Shown here piece after piece: positions 35,451-44,713 of a stretch of 64,000 bases of DNA. Position numbers and translations under genes: made by a program. Numbering within the stretch: position 1 is the first letter of the stretch; each line of letters opens with the position of its first letter. The stretch is from an uncultured bacterium (GTDB taxonomy: Bacteria; Actinomycetota; Acidimicrobiia; Spongiisociales; UBA5794): NCBI GenBank assembly GCA_963801165.1, contig CAWDDT010000011.1, forward strand, positions 160,001-224,000, written 5' to 3'. The notes beneath the pieces were generated by a model, which was not told where the DNA came from, did not search any database, and was given only the letters and a program-made list of their open reading frames with translations.

Positions 35451-35586
35451 ATCTGAATTGTATCCGCAGGCACCCGGTACTTCACCGTTTGGGCCAGACG
35501 CGACATCGAGGGCACCTTGATCAACGCGGGGGTGGCGAGGGCCGCTCCCATGTTCCTGCTGAAGGTGGTCAAGCACACGTCTCGTC

Positions 35587-35674
35587 CCGCGCCAGACTGG
35601 TCCGCGCCAGACTGGTCCGCGCCAGACTGGTCCGCGCCAGACTGGTCCGCGCCAGACTGGTCCGCGCCAGACTG
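35587..35674. repeat. 15-bp tandem repeat (CCGCGCCAGACTGGT) x about 5.9
   Basis: Perfect copies start at 35587, 35602, 35617, 35632, 35647; partial at 35662. Confidence 0.97.
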
Positions 35675-35682
35675 ATGGTGAG

Positions 35683-36282
35683 ATGACCGACCTCGTATTG
35701 ATCGCCAACGTCGCGTGCTGGGGCGCTGTCGTGACCTTGTGGACCACCGGCGCGCTGTACAACGCGCTCCACGGCGCGCGCCGGCGGCCACACGACCGGT
35801 CCCGGCCGCCGGGGATCGTCCTCGCCGCGTTCCTGGCCTGCGCCATCGTCGCGATCGTGGGCCAGGCGGTCGCGCCCGATCTCGTCGTCGACGTCCTGTG
35901 GCTTCGCCTGCTCGGGCTCGTCCTGCTGGTCGTTGCGACGATGTTCGCTATCCGGGCCCGCTTCACCCTCGGCACGTCGTGGAGCGTGGCACCGACTGTC
36001 GCGGGCGATCAGCGACTCCGGACGAGCGGGCACTACGGCGTCACGAGGCATCCCATCTACACGGGCATCCTGGGCATGGCGCTCGCCAGCGCGCTACTCG
36101 GCGGCTTCGGCGTCTGGATGGTCATCGTGGCGATCATCGGCATCGGGTTCGCCGTCAAGATCCGGATGGAGGAAGCGCTGCTGCTGGCGACTTTCCCCGA
36201 CGAGTACCCCGCCTACCGGGAACGGGTGCCGCAGCTCGTGCCGGGCCTGAACCTGCTGCGCCGGCGGCCGAAGGGCGCGTAG
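35683..36282 (+). CDS. Isoprenylcysteine carboxyl methyltransferase/PEMT family membrane protein
   Basis: LG.SWS..L.TSGHYGVTRHPIY..EE.LL...F..EY..Y..RVP. Confidence 0.87.
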   Translation: MTDLVLIANVACWGAVVTLWTTGALYNALHGARRRPHDRSRPPGIVLAAFLACAIVAIVGQAVAPDLVVDVLWLRLLGLVLLVVATMFAIRARFTLGTSWSVAPTVAGDQRLRTSGHYGVTRHPIYTGILGMALASALLGGFGVWMVIVAIIGIGFAVKIRMEEALLLATFPDEYPAYRERVPQLVPGLNLLRRRPKGA

Positions 36283-36592
36283 GGGAGGACACCCGCGAGG
36301 CCGGACATTGAGGATCGGGCGGGCGCACCCGGGCGAGCTGCTAGCGCATGGCCTTCGTCCACCGCCGCCGTCATCGACTCGCCGTTAAGCCCGGCGAGCC
36401 TGCGGACACCCATCCGGCCGTCGATGATCATGGGAAACCTGCACGACCTCTCTAGTCACAAAAATGGTCACCTCGTGTCCGTGGAAATGAGTAGCCTTGC
36501 TCCCAATTAGGAGAGGGAATGGAGTGTGCCAGGAGGCACCTTTTTGGGTGGCTGCTTTTTCTCCCTCAGGACATAGGGAAGGGGCCCATCAC

Positions 36593-39500
36593 GTGTCTCG
36601 ACGTTTGTTAATACTCGCCGCCGTTCTGACGACACTGCTTGCAGTGGCGTCACCGGTCACGGCGCAGGAGAGCACGGCGGATCGATCTGCCGATAGACCG
36701 CTGCCGGCGGCGCTAGATAGCGCACGCCTGGCAACACCTATCAACCGGACGTTCAACGCGGACGTGCTCGACGCAAGCCTCGCCGGGGCCACAGGCCCGA
36801 CGAGGGTAATCATCACACTGAGCTCTCCGTCGGTGGCCGAGTCGGCGTTGACCGGCACACAGGCGACTAGCCGTAAGCACGCCATCGAAAGCGAGCAAAC
36901 CGGGTTGGTCGACCGGATGAGAAAGGCCGACCGCAGCGCCCGTGTTCTGGGCAACGTCCAGGTCGTCCTCAATGCCGTGTTTGCCGAAGTCGACGGCGCC
37001 TCGCTCGAGGCCCTAGCGGCAGATCCCTCGATCGAGCGGATCGCTCCAGTCGGCAATTACCAGGTCGACCTGTCGGAAACCGTTCCGTATATCGGCGCCT
37101 CCGCTGCCCACGACCTGGGCTACGACGGCACCGGCATACGCGTTGCCGTGCTTGACAGCGGCATCGACTACACCCACGCCGCCCTCGGCGGCTCGGGAGA
37201 TCCCGCGGAGTATGCAGCAAACGATCCGGCCGTTATCGAGCCCGGCACGTTCCCGACCGCAAAGGTCGTCGGTGGCTACGACTTCGTCGGGTCACTGTGG
37301 GATGGTTCCGCCGTCACGACCGAGAGCCCGGATCCGGATCCTCTCGACGACGGTCCTGGGGCCGGTCACGGAACCCACGTCGGCCATATCATTGCCGGCG
37401 TCGGCGGCGTTGCTCCGGGTGCCGATCTGTACGCCGTCAAGGTGTGCTCCTCGGTCTCGACGAGCTGTTCGGGGATCGCGCTGATACAAGGAATGAACTT
37501 CGCCCTCGATCCCAACGGTGACGGCAACCCGTCCGATCACGTGGACATCATCAACATGTCGCTGGGTTCCGATTACGGCCAGCCATTCGACGACGACCTG
37601 TCCATGGCTGTCGATCATGCCAGCGCCCTTGGCGTTCTGACCGTTGCCGCCTCCGGCAACGGTGGCGACAAGCCGTACATCAGCGGCACGCCTGCGGCAG
37701 CCCCGACTGCCCTTTCGGTTGCCCAGACCCAGGTGCCGTCGGCAGCTCTCCAGCTGCTCGACGTCAACGGCTCGGACCCGGATTACTCGGCTGTGTTCCA
37801 GCCGTGGGCAGCACCGCTGACCTCGACCATCAGCGCACCGATCCAGTACGCTGACGGTGCCGGTGGCAACCTGGACGGTTGTGCTCCGTTCACACCAGGA
37901 TCGCTGAGCGGTCTGATCGTCCTTGTCGACCGTGGCGCCTGCAACTTCACCTTGAAGATCCTCAATGTGCAGGAAGCGGGCGGTCTCGTCGGCATCATCG
38001 GTCTCGTGGCGCCCGGCGCCCCGTTCTCCGGTGGCGACGGTGGCGACGGCCCCATCACGATTCCCGGCTACATGATCAGCCAGGACGATGCCAACGCTAT
38101 CAAGGCGGCGTTGCCAGCCACGGCGACATTCGACCCGGCCAACTCATTGCCGCTCGTCGGTCAGATGGTCGGCTCGTCGTCACGCGGCCCATCGGCCGAC
38201 AACCTGATCAAGCCGGAGATCGGCGCCCCGGGCGCTTCGGTCTCGGCAATCGCAGGCACAGGAACCGATGAGGGCCCGTTCGGCGGGACTTCGGGGGCAA
38301 CTCCGATGGTCACCGGTTCGGCCGCCTTGCTGCTCCAGGCTCAGCCAGCGTTGAGCCCGCTCGAGCTGAAGGCAAAGCTGATGAACACCGGCTATACGGA
38401 CATCGACACCGACCCCTTCACGGGTCTGGCACCGATCACCCGTATAGGCGGCGGTGAGGTACGTGCAGACGATGCCATAACCGCCGGCGCAGCCGCGTGG
38501 GATCAGAGCGCGCCCGCAGGCGACCTGAGCTTCGGCTTTGTCGATGTCGACAAGAGCACGATGACGCTGAAGAAGAAGGTCGTTGTTCACAACTACTCGA
38601 GCAGCAACGCGACCTACCAGATCAACAGCAACTTCCGGTATGCCGACGACCAGGCAACCGGTGCCGTTGAGTTGTTGATGCCGAGCTCGATCTACGTGCC
38701 GGCCGGTGGCGAGAGGATCTTCAACGTGACGATGAAGATCCACGGTGCCAACCTGCTCGGGAACTACATGAACATAGGCGACGGTGGAGCCGATCCGACG
38801 GGCCTCAACATCAACGAGTTCGATGGCTACATCACGCTCGATGATGGGGTGCAGCCGATTCACGTCGCCTGGCAGGTCTTGCCGCGCGCGGCCGCGAATG
38901 TTGCGACGAACGGCAGGATCACGTTCAACGGTGATACGGCAACGGCCAACCTGTCGAACGTCGGGGCGGGCACCGCTCAGCTCGATGCGTACTCGTTGCT
39001 TGCGGTCAGCCCCAACATCCCCTCGGGTCCCGAGGGTGCGCAGTCACCGGTGCCGGACATTCGGGCGGTCGGTATAAACACGTTCCCGGTGCCTGCCGGC
39101 TACTGTTCCGATGATCCGTCGTTCATCTGGGCGTTTGCGATCAACACGTGGGAGCGGCAGTCACACGGGTGGCCGGTCAGCAACCAGGTGTATCTCGACA
39201 TCAACCAGGACGGCACTGACGACTACGTGGTCCTTGACCGTGACGTGACGTTCACCGGTGTGGGAGATGGACGCTGGCTGACCTGGGCCGTCAACCTGGC
39301 AACGGGTGACTCGTCCGCCTTCTTCTTCGCCGAGAACGGGACCAACAGCAGCAATACTGTGCTGTACATCTGTGGTGAGCAAGTGGGTCTGACCGGAACC
39401 GACATGCTGGCGACCAACGTCGACATGTCCGTTTTCGCCCAGGACTTCTACTACGGAGGACCAGGCGACACGGTCGAAGGCCTGACGGTGACACCACTCG

Positions 39501-39724
39501 GTGAGCGGTATGTCGCCACAGCCATCGACGACATCGCTCCGCTTGACCACACCTCAGTCGGGGTGACGGACTTCGGTGCATTCCCGGGCAACACGGATGA
39601 GCTCGGCCTGTTGGTGCTGACCAACGGTGATCGTGGTGACGGTGCTCATGGTGGCGCAGTCCTGCGCAGCGAGGCGTTGCCCCTGATCGCCCGACACCAC
39701 GGTGGGGGGTCGACGGCCAGCTAG
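36593..39724 (+). CDS. Secreted S8 subtilase with propeptide and PA domain
   Basis: Signal peptide; LDSGID, HGTHV, GTSGATP triad; DRGACNF (PA); GTG 36593. Confidence 0.92.
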   Translation: MSRRLLILAAVLTTLLAVASPVTAQESTADRSADRPLPAALDSARLATPINRTFNADVLDASLAGATGPTRVIITLSSPSVAESALTGTQATSRKHAIESEQTGLVDRMRKADRSARVLGNVQVVLNAVFAEVDGASLEALAADPSIERIAPVGNYQVDLSETVPYIGASAAHDLGYDGTGIRVAVLDSGIDYTHAALGGSGDPAEYAANDPAVIEPGTFPTAKVVGGYDFVGSLWDGSAVTTESPDPDPLDDGPGAGHGTHVGHIIAGVGGVAPGADLYAVKVCSSVSTSCSGIALIQGMNFALDPNGDGNPSDHVDIINMSLGSDYGQPFDDDLSMAVDHASALGVLTVAASGNGGDKPYISGTPAAAPTALSVAQTQVPSAALQLLDVNGSDPDYSAVFQPWAAPLTSTISAPIQYADGAGGNLDGCAPFTPGSLSGLIVLVDRGACNFTLKILNVQEAGGLVGIIGLVAPGAPFSGGDGGDGPITIPGYMISQDDANAIKAALPATATFDPANSLPLVGQMVGSSSRGPSADNLIKPEIGAPGASVSAIAGTGTDEGPFGGTSGATPMVTGSAALLLQAQPALSPLELKAKLMNTGYTDIDTDPFTGLAPITRIGGGEVRADDAITAGAAAWDQSAPAGDLSFGFVDVDKSTMTLKKKVVVHNYSSSNATYQINSNFRYADDQATGAVELLMPSSIYVPAGGERIFNVTMKIHGANLLGNYMNIGDGGADPTGLNINEFDGYITLDDGVQPIHVAWQVLPRAAANVATNGRITFNGDTATANLSNVGAGTAQLDAYSLLAVSPNIPSGPEGAQSPVPDIRAVGINTFPVPAGYCSDDPSFIWAFAINTWERQSHGWPVSNQVYLDINQDGTDDYVVLDRDVTFTGVGDGRWLTWAVNLATGDSSAFFFAENGTNSSNTVLYICGEQVGLTGTDMLATNVDMSVFAQDFYYGGPGDTVEGLTVTPLGERYVATAIDDIAPLDHTSVGVTDFGAFPGNTDELGLLVLTNGDRGDGAHGGAVLRSEALPLIARHHGGGSTAS

Positions 39725-39752
39725 AGACACAAGACGGCAGCTACGAAAACGC

Positions 39753-39783
39753 AGAAGAGGGCCCCGAGTCGGGGCCCTCTTCT
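39753..39783. terminator. Bidirectional terminator
   Basis: AGAAGAGGGCCCCG-AGT-CGGGGCCCTCTTCT between convergent genes. Confidence 0.85.
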
Positions 39784-39796
39784 CGTATCCGGCGGA

Positions 39797-40339
39797 TCAG
39801 CCGGTCGGGTTCGAAGGCGGTGAGCCGCCACCCTCGCAAAGCTTGAAGTAGCCACTCGAAGAAGCCCGGTAGTCGTACTCAGAGTCGGCGTGGTCGATCA
39901 CCACCCAGTACCCGTTGACGAGTGCCTGGGTATAAGACTGTCCCGGCTCCGCACAACCAAGCGATCCATCGCTCCAGATAGCCGCCTCGTTACGGACAAC
40001 GGTCAGATCCGATTGTGAAGCGCCCGTCCGCTCGAGGACGTCGGCGACGATATTCGCCATCAAGTCGTCAGGCGTTGCGCCGGCCATCAGGTCTCCTCCC
40101 GTGGTGGTAACCGATTCGCCATCGGCAACCGTCGTCTCGGTTGCCGATGGTGTGGTGGCGGCCGGCGAATCGGTCGCCGCCGTAGTCGTCGCGGCAGCCT
40201 CCGATGTCGTAGTAGTCGACACGGGGACTGTTGTCGAAGACCCCACGGTGGGCTCACCGGTCCCGCATGCTGCGAGTACCAGGACCGCCGCCAGAGTTGC
40301 CGCCAGAGTTGCCGCTGGAGTTATCGCTCGGTTCTTCAT
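39797..40339 (-). CDS. Lipoprotein of unknown function
   Basis: LAAC lipobox, Thr-rich linker, WSDGSLGC.EPG.SYTQALVNGY domain. Confidence 0.8.
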   Translation of the reverse strand: MKNRAITPAATLAATLAAVLVLAACGTGEPTVGSSTTVPVSTTTTSEAAATTTAATDSPAATTPSATETTVADGESVTTTGGDLMAGATPDDLMANIVADVLERTGASQSDLTVVRNEAAIWSDGSLGCAEPGQSYTQALVNGYWVVIDHADSEYDYRASSSGYFKLCEGGGSPPSNPTG

Positions 40340-40495
40340 TCCCTTCACCTCAAGACCTTGGACGACACAGACCGCGTATCCGGTTCCCGCAAAAGTCGAG
40401 CGAGTCTTGACACCGTGCCGCAAGCTGATGGGCAGAGGATATCGTTACCCGGGGGGAAGCCGAGCGGTCGCACTCGATCCGAGGAGAAATTGACG

Positions 40496-40999
40496 ATGGA
40501 AACATGGGACGCAATACGATCTCGCCGTAATGTGCGGACATACACCGATGAGCCAATCGACGAGGAAGACCTTGCTCGAATCCTGGAGGCGGCGCGACTC
40601 ACACCCTCTTCGAGCAACAGCCAGCCGTGGGACTTTGTCGTCTGCACCAACCGGGACCAGCTGGAGAAACTGTCCCAGGTTTGGAAGGGCGCAAGCCACG
40701 TTGCACGGTCCGCGGCGACAATCGCTCTCGTCGCCCCCCGCAGCAACCAGGAGTCGGCCCAATACGATCTGGGTCAGGCGACGATGAGCATCATGCTCGA
40801 GGCGGCCGACCTCGGGATCGGTTCGGGACACGCCTTTGTGTCGGACCACGACCTGGCAGCGGTGATCCTGAACATCCCCGAAGACCACATTTGTCTGTGG
40901 TTGGTCGCGCTCGGCTACCCGGCCGATCGGCCGCTGACGCCGATCGCCAAACCGGCCAGACGGCCCTTCGAAGAGGTCGTACACCGGGATCGCTGGTAG
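40496..40999 (+). CDS. Nitroreductase family protein
   Basis: IRSRRNVRTY..TPSSSNSQPWDF..LGYP; AGGAG RBS. Confidence 0.92.
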   Translation: METWDAIRSRRNVRTYTDEPIDEEDLARILEAARLTPSSSNSQPWDFVVCTNRDQLEKLSQVWKGASHVARSAATIALVAPRSNQESAQYDLGQATMSIMLEAADLGIGSGHAFVSDHDLAAVILNIPEDHICLWLVALGYPADRPLTPIAKPARRPFEEVVHRDRW

Positions 41000-41000
41000 C

Positions 41001-41084
41001 AGCCTCAGACCCCGTCTGAGGCTTGAGTTTCGGCTCCGCCTGAGGCTACGCCTCAGGTTTGAGTTTCGGCTCCGCCGAAACTCA
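41001..41084 (+). repeat. Cluster of palindromes (family B) with 17-bp duplication
   Basis: AGCCTCAGAC/GTCTGAGGCT, CCTGAGGC-TAC-GCCTCAGG, TGAGTTTCGGC-TCC-GCCGAAACTCA; TGAGTTTCGGCTCCGCC twice. Confidence 0.8.
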
Positions 41085-41127
41085 GCCAGGCGTCTCAGCC
41101 AGTCGTTCGGCCAGTTGACCCGGGAGC

Positions 41128-41433
41128 TCAGGCCGCGATGCTTGTCAGCACAACCGAATTGTCGGAACCGTGGTCGTTGGGCCAGTACGCGTCGGCCGCT
41201 TCGTCGTTCTCCCAGCGCACCTGGTTGAAGATGTAGCGAAACTGCACCGCGTTGTCTTTTGGAAGCCGAACTTTGACCCGGAACGGTCCTCTGCCCCGGT
41301 CGGCGCGCTTGAGCGCAATCGGCTCCCAGTCAAAGGCATCGGCACACAAGTCGACCGAACTCAGATCGGGCCGATCGATCTCGAAGGTGACCTCTACTTC
41401 GTCCTTGGTCTTGAAGAATCGTTTAGCGAGCAT
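41128..41433 (-). CDS. Stand-alone isoamylase early-set/CBM48-like protein
   Basis: VTFE..FDW..QFRY..RWENDEAADAY.PN.HGSDNSV. Confidence 0.8.
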   Translation of the reverse strand: MLAKRFFKTKDEVEVTFEIDRPDLSSVDLCADAFDWEPIALKRADRGRGPFRVKVRLPKDNAVQFRYIFNQVRWENDEAADAYWPNDHGSDNSVVLTSIAA

Positions 41434-41649
41434 GGGCGCCAACCCCCTCTCTTGTTTGCTGGGTGGAGCGTAGGGTCGCAGTCTCCAGGATCCAAGGCTT
41501 TTCCGGAACCGGATCCAGCGCAAGATTTCTGGACAAACCGACCGAAAAGTACACTGGCAGCAATTGTCCGGTCATCATCACGAACAACATCGAACTGCGC
41601 TGGTGACCAAGCATTCTGAGTGATCGGCCGTACCGGCTGGAGGTCTGAC

Positions 41650-42639
41650 ATGACTGTGAAACTGGGAATCATAGGCACCGGGCGCATCGCCCATGCGCAC
41701 GCCGCGGGGGTCAGCAACAGCCCCGACGCTGAGCTGGTAGCGGTCAACGACCTGGTCGCGGACGTCGCCGAGGCGTTTGCCGCTAAGTACGGCTGCCGGG
41801 CCGACGACGTCGAAGGCATCGCGGCCGACCCGGACATCACGGGTGTGCTCATCTGCACGCCGACGCCGACGCATTCGGTACTGATCGAGAAGTTCGCCAA
41901 AGCCGGAAAGCATGTCTTCTGCGAGAAGCCCGTAGATCTCGACATCGAGAAGGCCAAGGAGGTCGTTGCCGCCGCCGAGAACGCTGGCGTGAAACTGATG
42001 CTCGGCTTCAACCGTCGCTTCGACCCCAGCTTCCTTGCCGTGAGAGCGGCCATCGACGACGGCACCGTTGGCGACGTGGAGCTCGTCCTCATCACATCTC
42101 GTGACCCCGAGCCGCCACCGGTGGCGTATGCCAGGGTCTCCGGCGGGCTATTTCGCGACATGACGATTCACGATCTCGACATGGCCCGATTCCTGTTGGG
42201 CGAGGACCCCGTGGTCGTCTCTGCACACGGGTCGGCTCTGGTTTCGCCCGATATCGCCGAATTCGGCGATATCGACACCGCTTCGGTGATCTTGGAGACG
42301 GCATCGGGGAAGCAAGCCGTAATCACCAACTCGCGGCGCGCCACGTACGGCTACGACCAGCGGGTCGAGGTGCACGGCTCCCGCGGAGTCGTCTACGCCG
42401 AGAATCAACACGAACCCGGCGCCGTTATCGGCAACGAGAACGGCTACACGAAGACGCCGTTGCAGAACTTCTTCATGGACCGGTACATCCCGGCGTACAC
42501 GAACGAGATCAAGGCGTTCGTCAAGTGCATCGCGGACGACACGGAACCGCCGGCCACCGGTGCCGATGGAGTCATTGCTCTACGCATCGCCGATGCGTGC
42601 TTCGAGTCGCTGCACACCGGAAAGCGGGTCCGGATCTAG
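41650..42639 (+). CDS. iolG: Inositol 2-dehydrogenase (Gfo/Idh/MocA)
   Basis: GTGRIA, CEKP, GFNRRFDP, ITSRDP, DMTIHD, YGYDQRVEVHGS. Confidence 0.85.
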   Translation: MTVKLGIIGTGRIAHAHAAGVSNSPDAELVAVNDLVADVAEAFAAKYGCRADDVEGIAADPDITGVLICTPTPTHSVLIEKFAKAGKHVFCEKPVDLDIEKAKEVVAAAENAGVKLMLGFNRRFDPSFLAVRAAIDDGTVGDVELVLITSRDPEPPPVAYARVSGGLFRDMTIHDLDMARFLLGEDPVVVSAHGSALVSPDIAEFGDIDTASVILETASGKQAVITNSRRATYGYDQRVEVHGSRGVVYAENQHEPGAVIGNENGYTKTPLQNFFMDRYIPAYTNEIKAFVKCIADDTEPPATGADGVIALRIADACFESLHTGKRVRI

Positions 42640-42651
42640 TCGCTCTCTACG

Positions 42652-43845
42652 CTATGGGCCGCCGGGCGACGCGGCCGCGGCGACGCGCTTCGCCCAATAG
42701 CGTCTCGCCCACCACGGTCGCACGTCGGTGCCATCGGCCCGGCCGGCAACCATCCCGGCCCAACGATCGAGCAGCTCGTTGTGGCGGGCAAACGCCGTCA
42801 CCGCTGGGAGTGGCTCGGTCAGCCAAACCGCCTCGACTTCATCCCGCTCCGAAATGAACAGCGGGGCCAACCGCTGCGGGTCCCTCATGACGGTACGGGC
42901 CAGTTGTTCGTGACGCCACCACAGGCTCTCCCCGTCGTCGTGATCGTCGGGAGCCGTCCCGATGGCTACCGGATCATTGACCGTCACCGGCTTGAACAGC
43001 GAGAGACATTGGGCAGAAGTAGCAGTGAGCCAATGCCGGTCTGCGCCGAGGTCGGCCACCCAGCCGGCCGTGCTGGCTGAAGATGCGACCAATCCCCCGC
43101 CGTGCATACAGGGCATACGCAGGGTTCCGTTTAGCCGGCGATAGCGCGGCCACTCGTCGCTCCCATGGCTCCGCAACACCCGCATCAAATCACCGGCGCC
43201 CAGCGCTCGTGCCGCCATTCGTCCGGTCAGCTCGGTACGGACGGCACACGCGGAGACCCGATTGCGCAGCCGGTCGCGATGTTTGGCGGCAAACCCGGGA
43301 ATGGTCAGACCGTTCGAGATGGTGCGCACCCCTGCCGTGACCTGCTCGGTCGCCCAGAGCTTCCCGGCCGTCTCGAGGACGATGGCCCCGGTGCGGTCGG
43401 CCACGATGTAGCTGTTGTGATAGGTGAACGATCGATGCTCGTGGCCGCAGCCCCCGCCCTGGCCGTAACGTTCCATGAGCTCGACGATCACGCCGACCGC
43501 TTCTTCGGCGGTTGAGGCGCGCTCGAGGGCGAGACGCAGCAGATCCATCCCCGTTAGACCGGTGGCGGCATACGGCTGGTCCGTGAACACCGCCTCATTG
43601 CCGATAGTCACCCCGTACTCGTTGGCCCCGATCTCCGCACCCCACATCCAAAACGGTCTGCTGATGAGCACCGCGTTGGTGTGTTCCGCCTGGGGAATCT
43701 CGAGGTAGGTGCACCGTACCGTGGCACCGGGCGGGTGGTCTACGGCCGGATGCCACTCCGGGATCTGGGCCTCGTTCGGGTCGCGATCGGAGTTCTTGGC
43801 GAAGAGAACGCCGTCACTCCCAACTACGACGATGGTGTCGCACAT
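42652..43845 (-). CDS. C69/secernin-like Ntn dipeptidase
   Basis: MCDT N-terminal Cys, FAKNSDR.PNE, WMWGAEIGANE.GV.IGNE. Confidence 0.87.
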   Translation of the reverse strand: MCDTIVVVGSDGVLFAKNSDRDPNEAQIPEWHPAVDHPPGATVRCTYLEIPQAEHTNAVLISRPFWMWGAEIGANEYGVTIGNEAVFTDQPYAATGLTGMDLLRLALERASTAEEAVGVIVELMERYGQGGGCGHEHRSFTYHNSYIVADRTGAIVLETAGKLWATEQVTAGVRTISNGLTIPGFAAKHRDRLRNRVSACAVRTELTGRMAARALGAGDLMRVLRSHGSDEWPRYRRLNGTLRMPCMHGGGLVASSASTAGWVADLGADRHWLTATSAQCLSLFKPVTVNDPVAIGTAPDDHDDGESLWWRHEQLARTVMRDPQRLAPLFISERDEVEAVWLTEPLPAVTAFARHNELLDRWAGMVAGRADGTDVRPWWARRYWAKRVAAAASPGGP

Positions 43846-43846
43846 C

Positions 43847-44713
43847 TCAGCGCTCGATCCGACCGGGCAGCAGGAACGGGTAGCGGCGTCGTCGCACGGC
43901 ACGTTGCCACCACCTATCGGCACGACGCAACCGCTGCAGCACCTCCCACATCAACGCATCCTGCCGGTAGTACTTCCTGGCTTCGTCTGTGGTGACCGGG
44001 CGATCAAGCACTGCGTTGGCGGAAGCGAGCAAGGCCGGGATGGCATCGACGGCACGCTCCTTGTGCAGGTTGGCGACAGCATCGAGCAGCGCCGGCCGGG
44101 CTGCGTAGTAGTGCGACAGGATCTCGGAGAGGAGGAACCGTCGCACCAGGCCCCGCATCGCCCACGGCAACGAAGCGATGAACAATCCGAGATCGAGCCG
44201 CTGCCTACCCTCAGAATCCTGCACCAGCGGAGTGGTCACGTCGAGGTAGACGAGGTCGTCGCCGGCCACCGCCCAATTGGAGACCTGAGCATCGAGGCCG
44301 ATCCCATCCCCGATCGATGCGTTCACCAGCCGGCAGAACTGCGTCATCCTCTTCTCGATGAGATGCTTGTCACTCGTTCGGAGATCGGCGACGAGGAGCC
44401 GCCCGTACCGCGGCTGGATGCAATAGGGTGTGACGGGATCGCCCCCGACGGCATGTACCTCGCTCGGGGCCACGGTCAAGCCGCGCTCACCCAACACCTT
44501 TACATAGTCGGCGAGCACCTGCTCGTATTCGGCCAGCTGGGATCGTGTCATCACAGGAAGCCGTTTGCACACCACCGGGCCATCTGTGCCGGGTGCAGCA
44601 AGCACCGTCGAAATCTCCCCGTAGTCGATTATGTCGAGGGTGTCGGATCGACCGGTGTCGAGTGCCCTCTCGACGGCCGCTTCGAGCTGTTCCAGGGTGT
44701 CGGAGGCGATCAT
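43847..44713 (-). CDS. DUF6206-like protein with kinase-like motifs
   Basis: DYGEISTV, VCKR, LDAQVSNW, YLD. Confidence 0.65.
   Translation of the reverse strand: MIASDTLEQLEAAVERALDTGRSDTLDIIDYGEISTVLAAPGTDGPVVCKRLPVMTRSQLAEYEQVLADYVKVLGERGLTVAPSEVHAVGGDPVTPYCIQPRYGRLLVADLRTSDKHLIEKRMTQFCRLVNASIGDGIGLDAQVSNWAVAGDDLVYLDVTTPLVQDSEGRQRLDLGLFIASLPWAMRGLVRRFLLSEILSHYYAARPALLDAVANLHKERAVDAIPALLASANAVLDRPVTTDEARKYYRQDALMWEVLQRLRRADRWWQRAVRRRRYPFLLPGRIER

Noticed and set aside
35587-35674. Possible CRISPR array
   Set aside because: Contiguous 15-bp units with no spacers and no cas genes.
35451-35975. N-terminal WRGPV-repeat extension of HtpX in the ORF track
   Set aside because: Read-through of the VNTR and antisense to the ICMT gene; family homology begins at ATG 35450.
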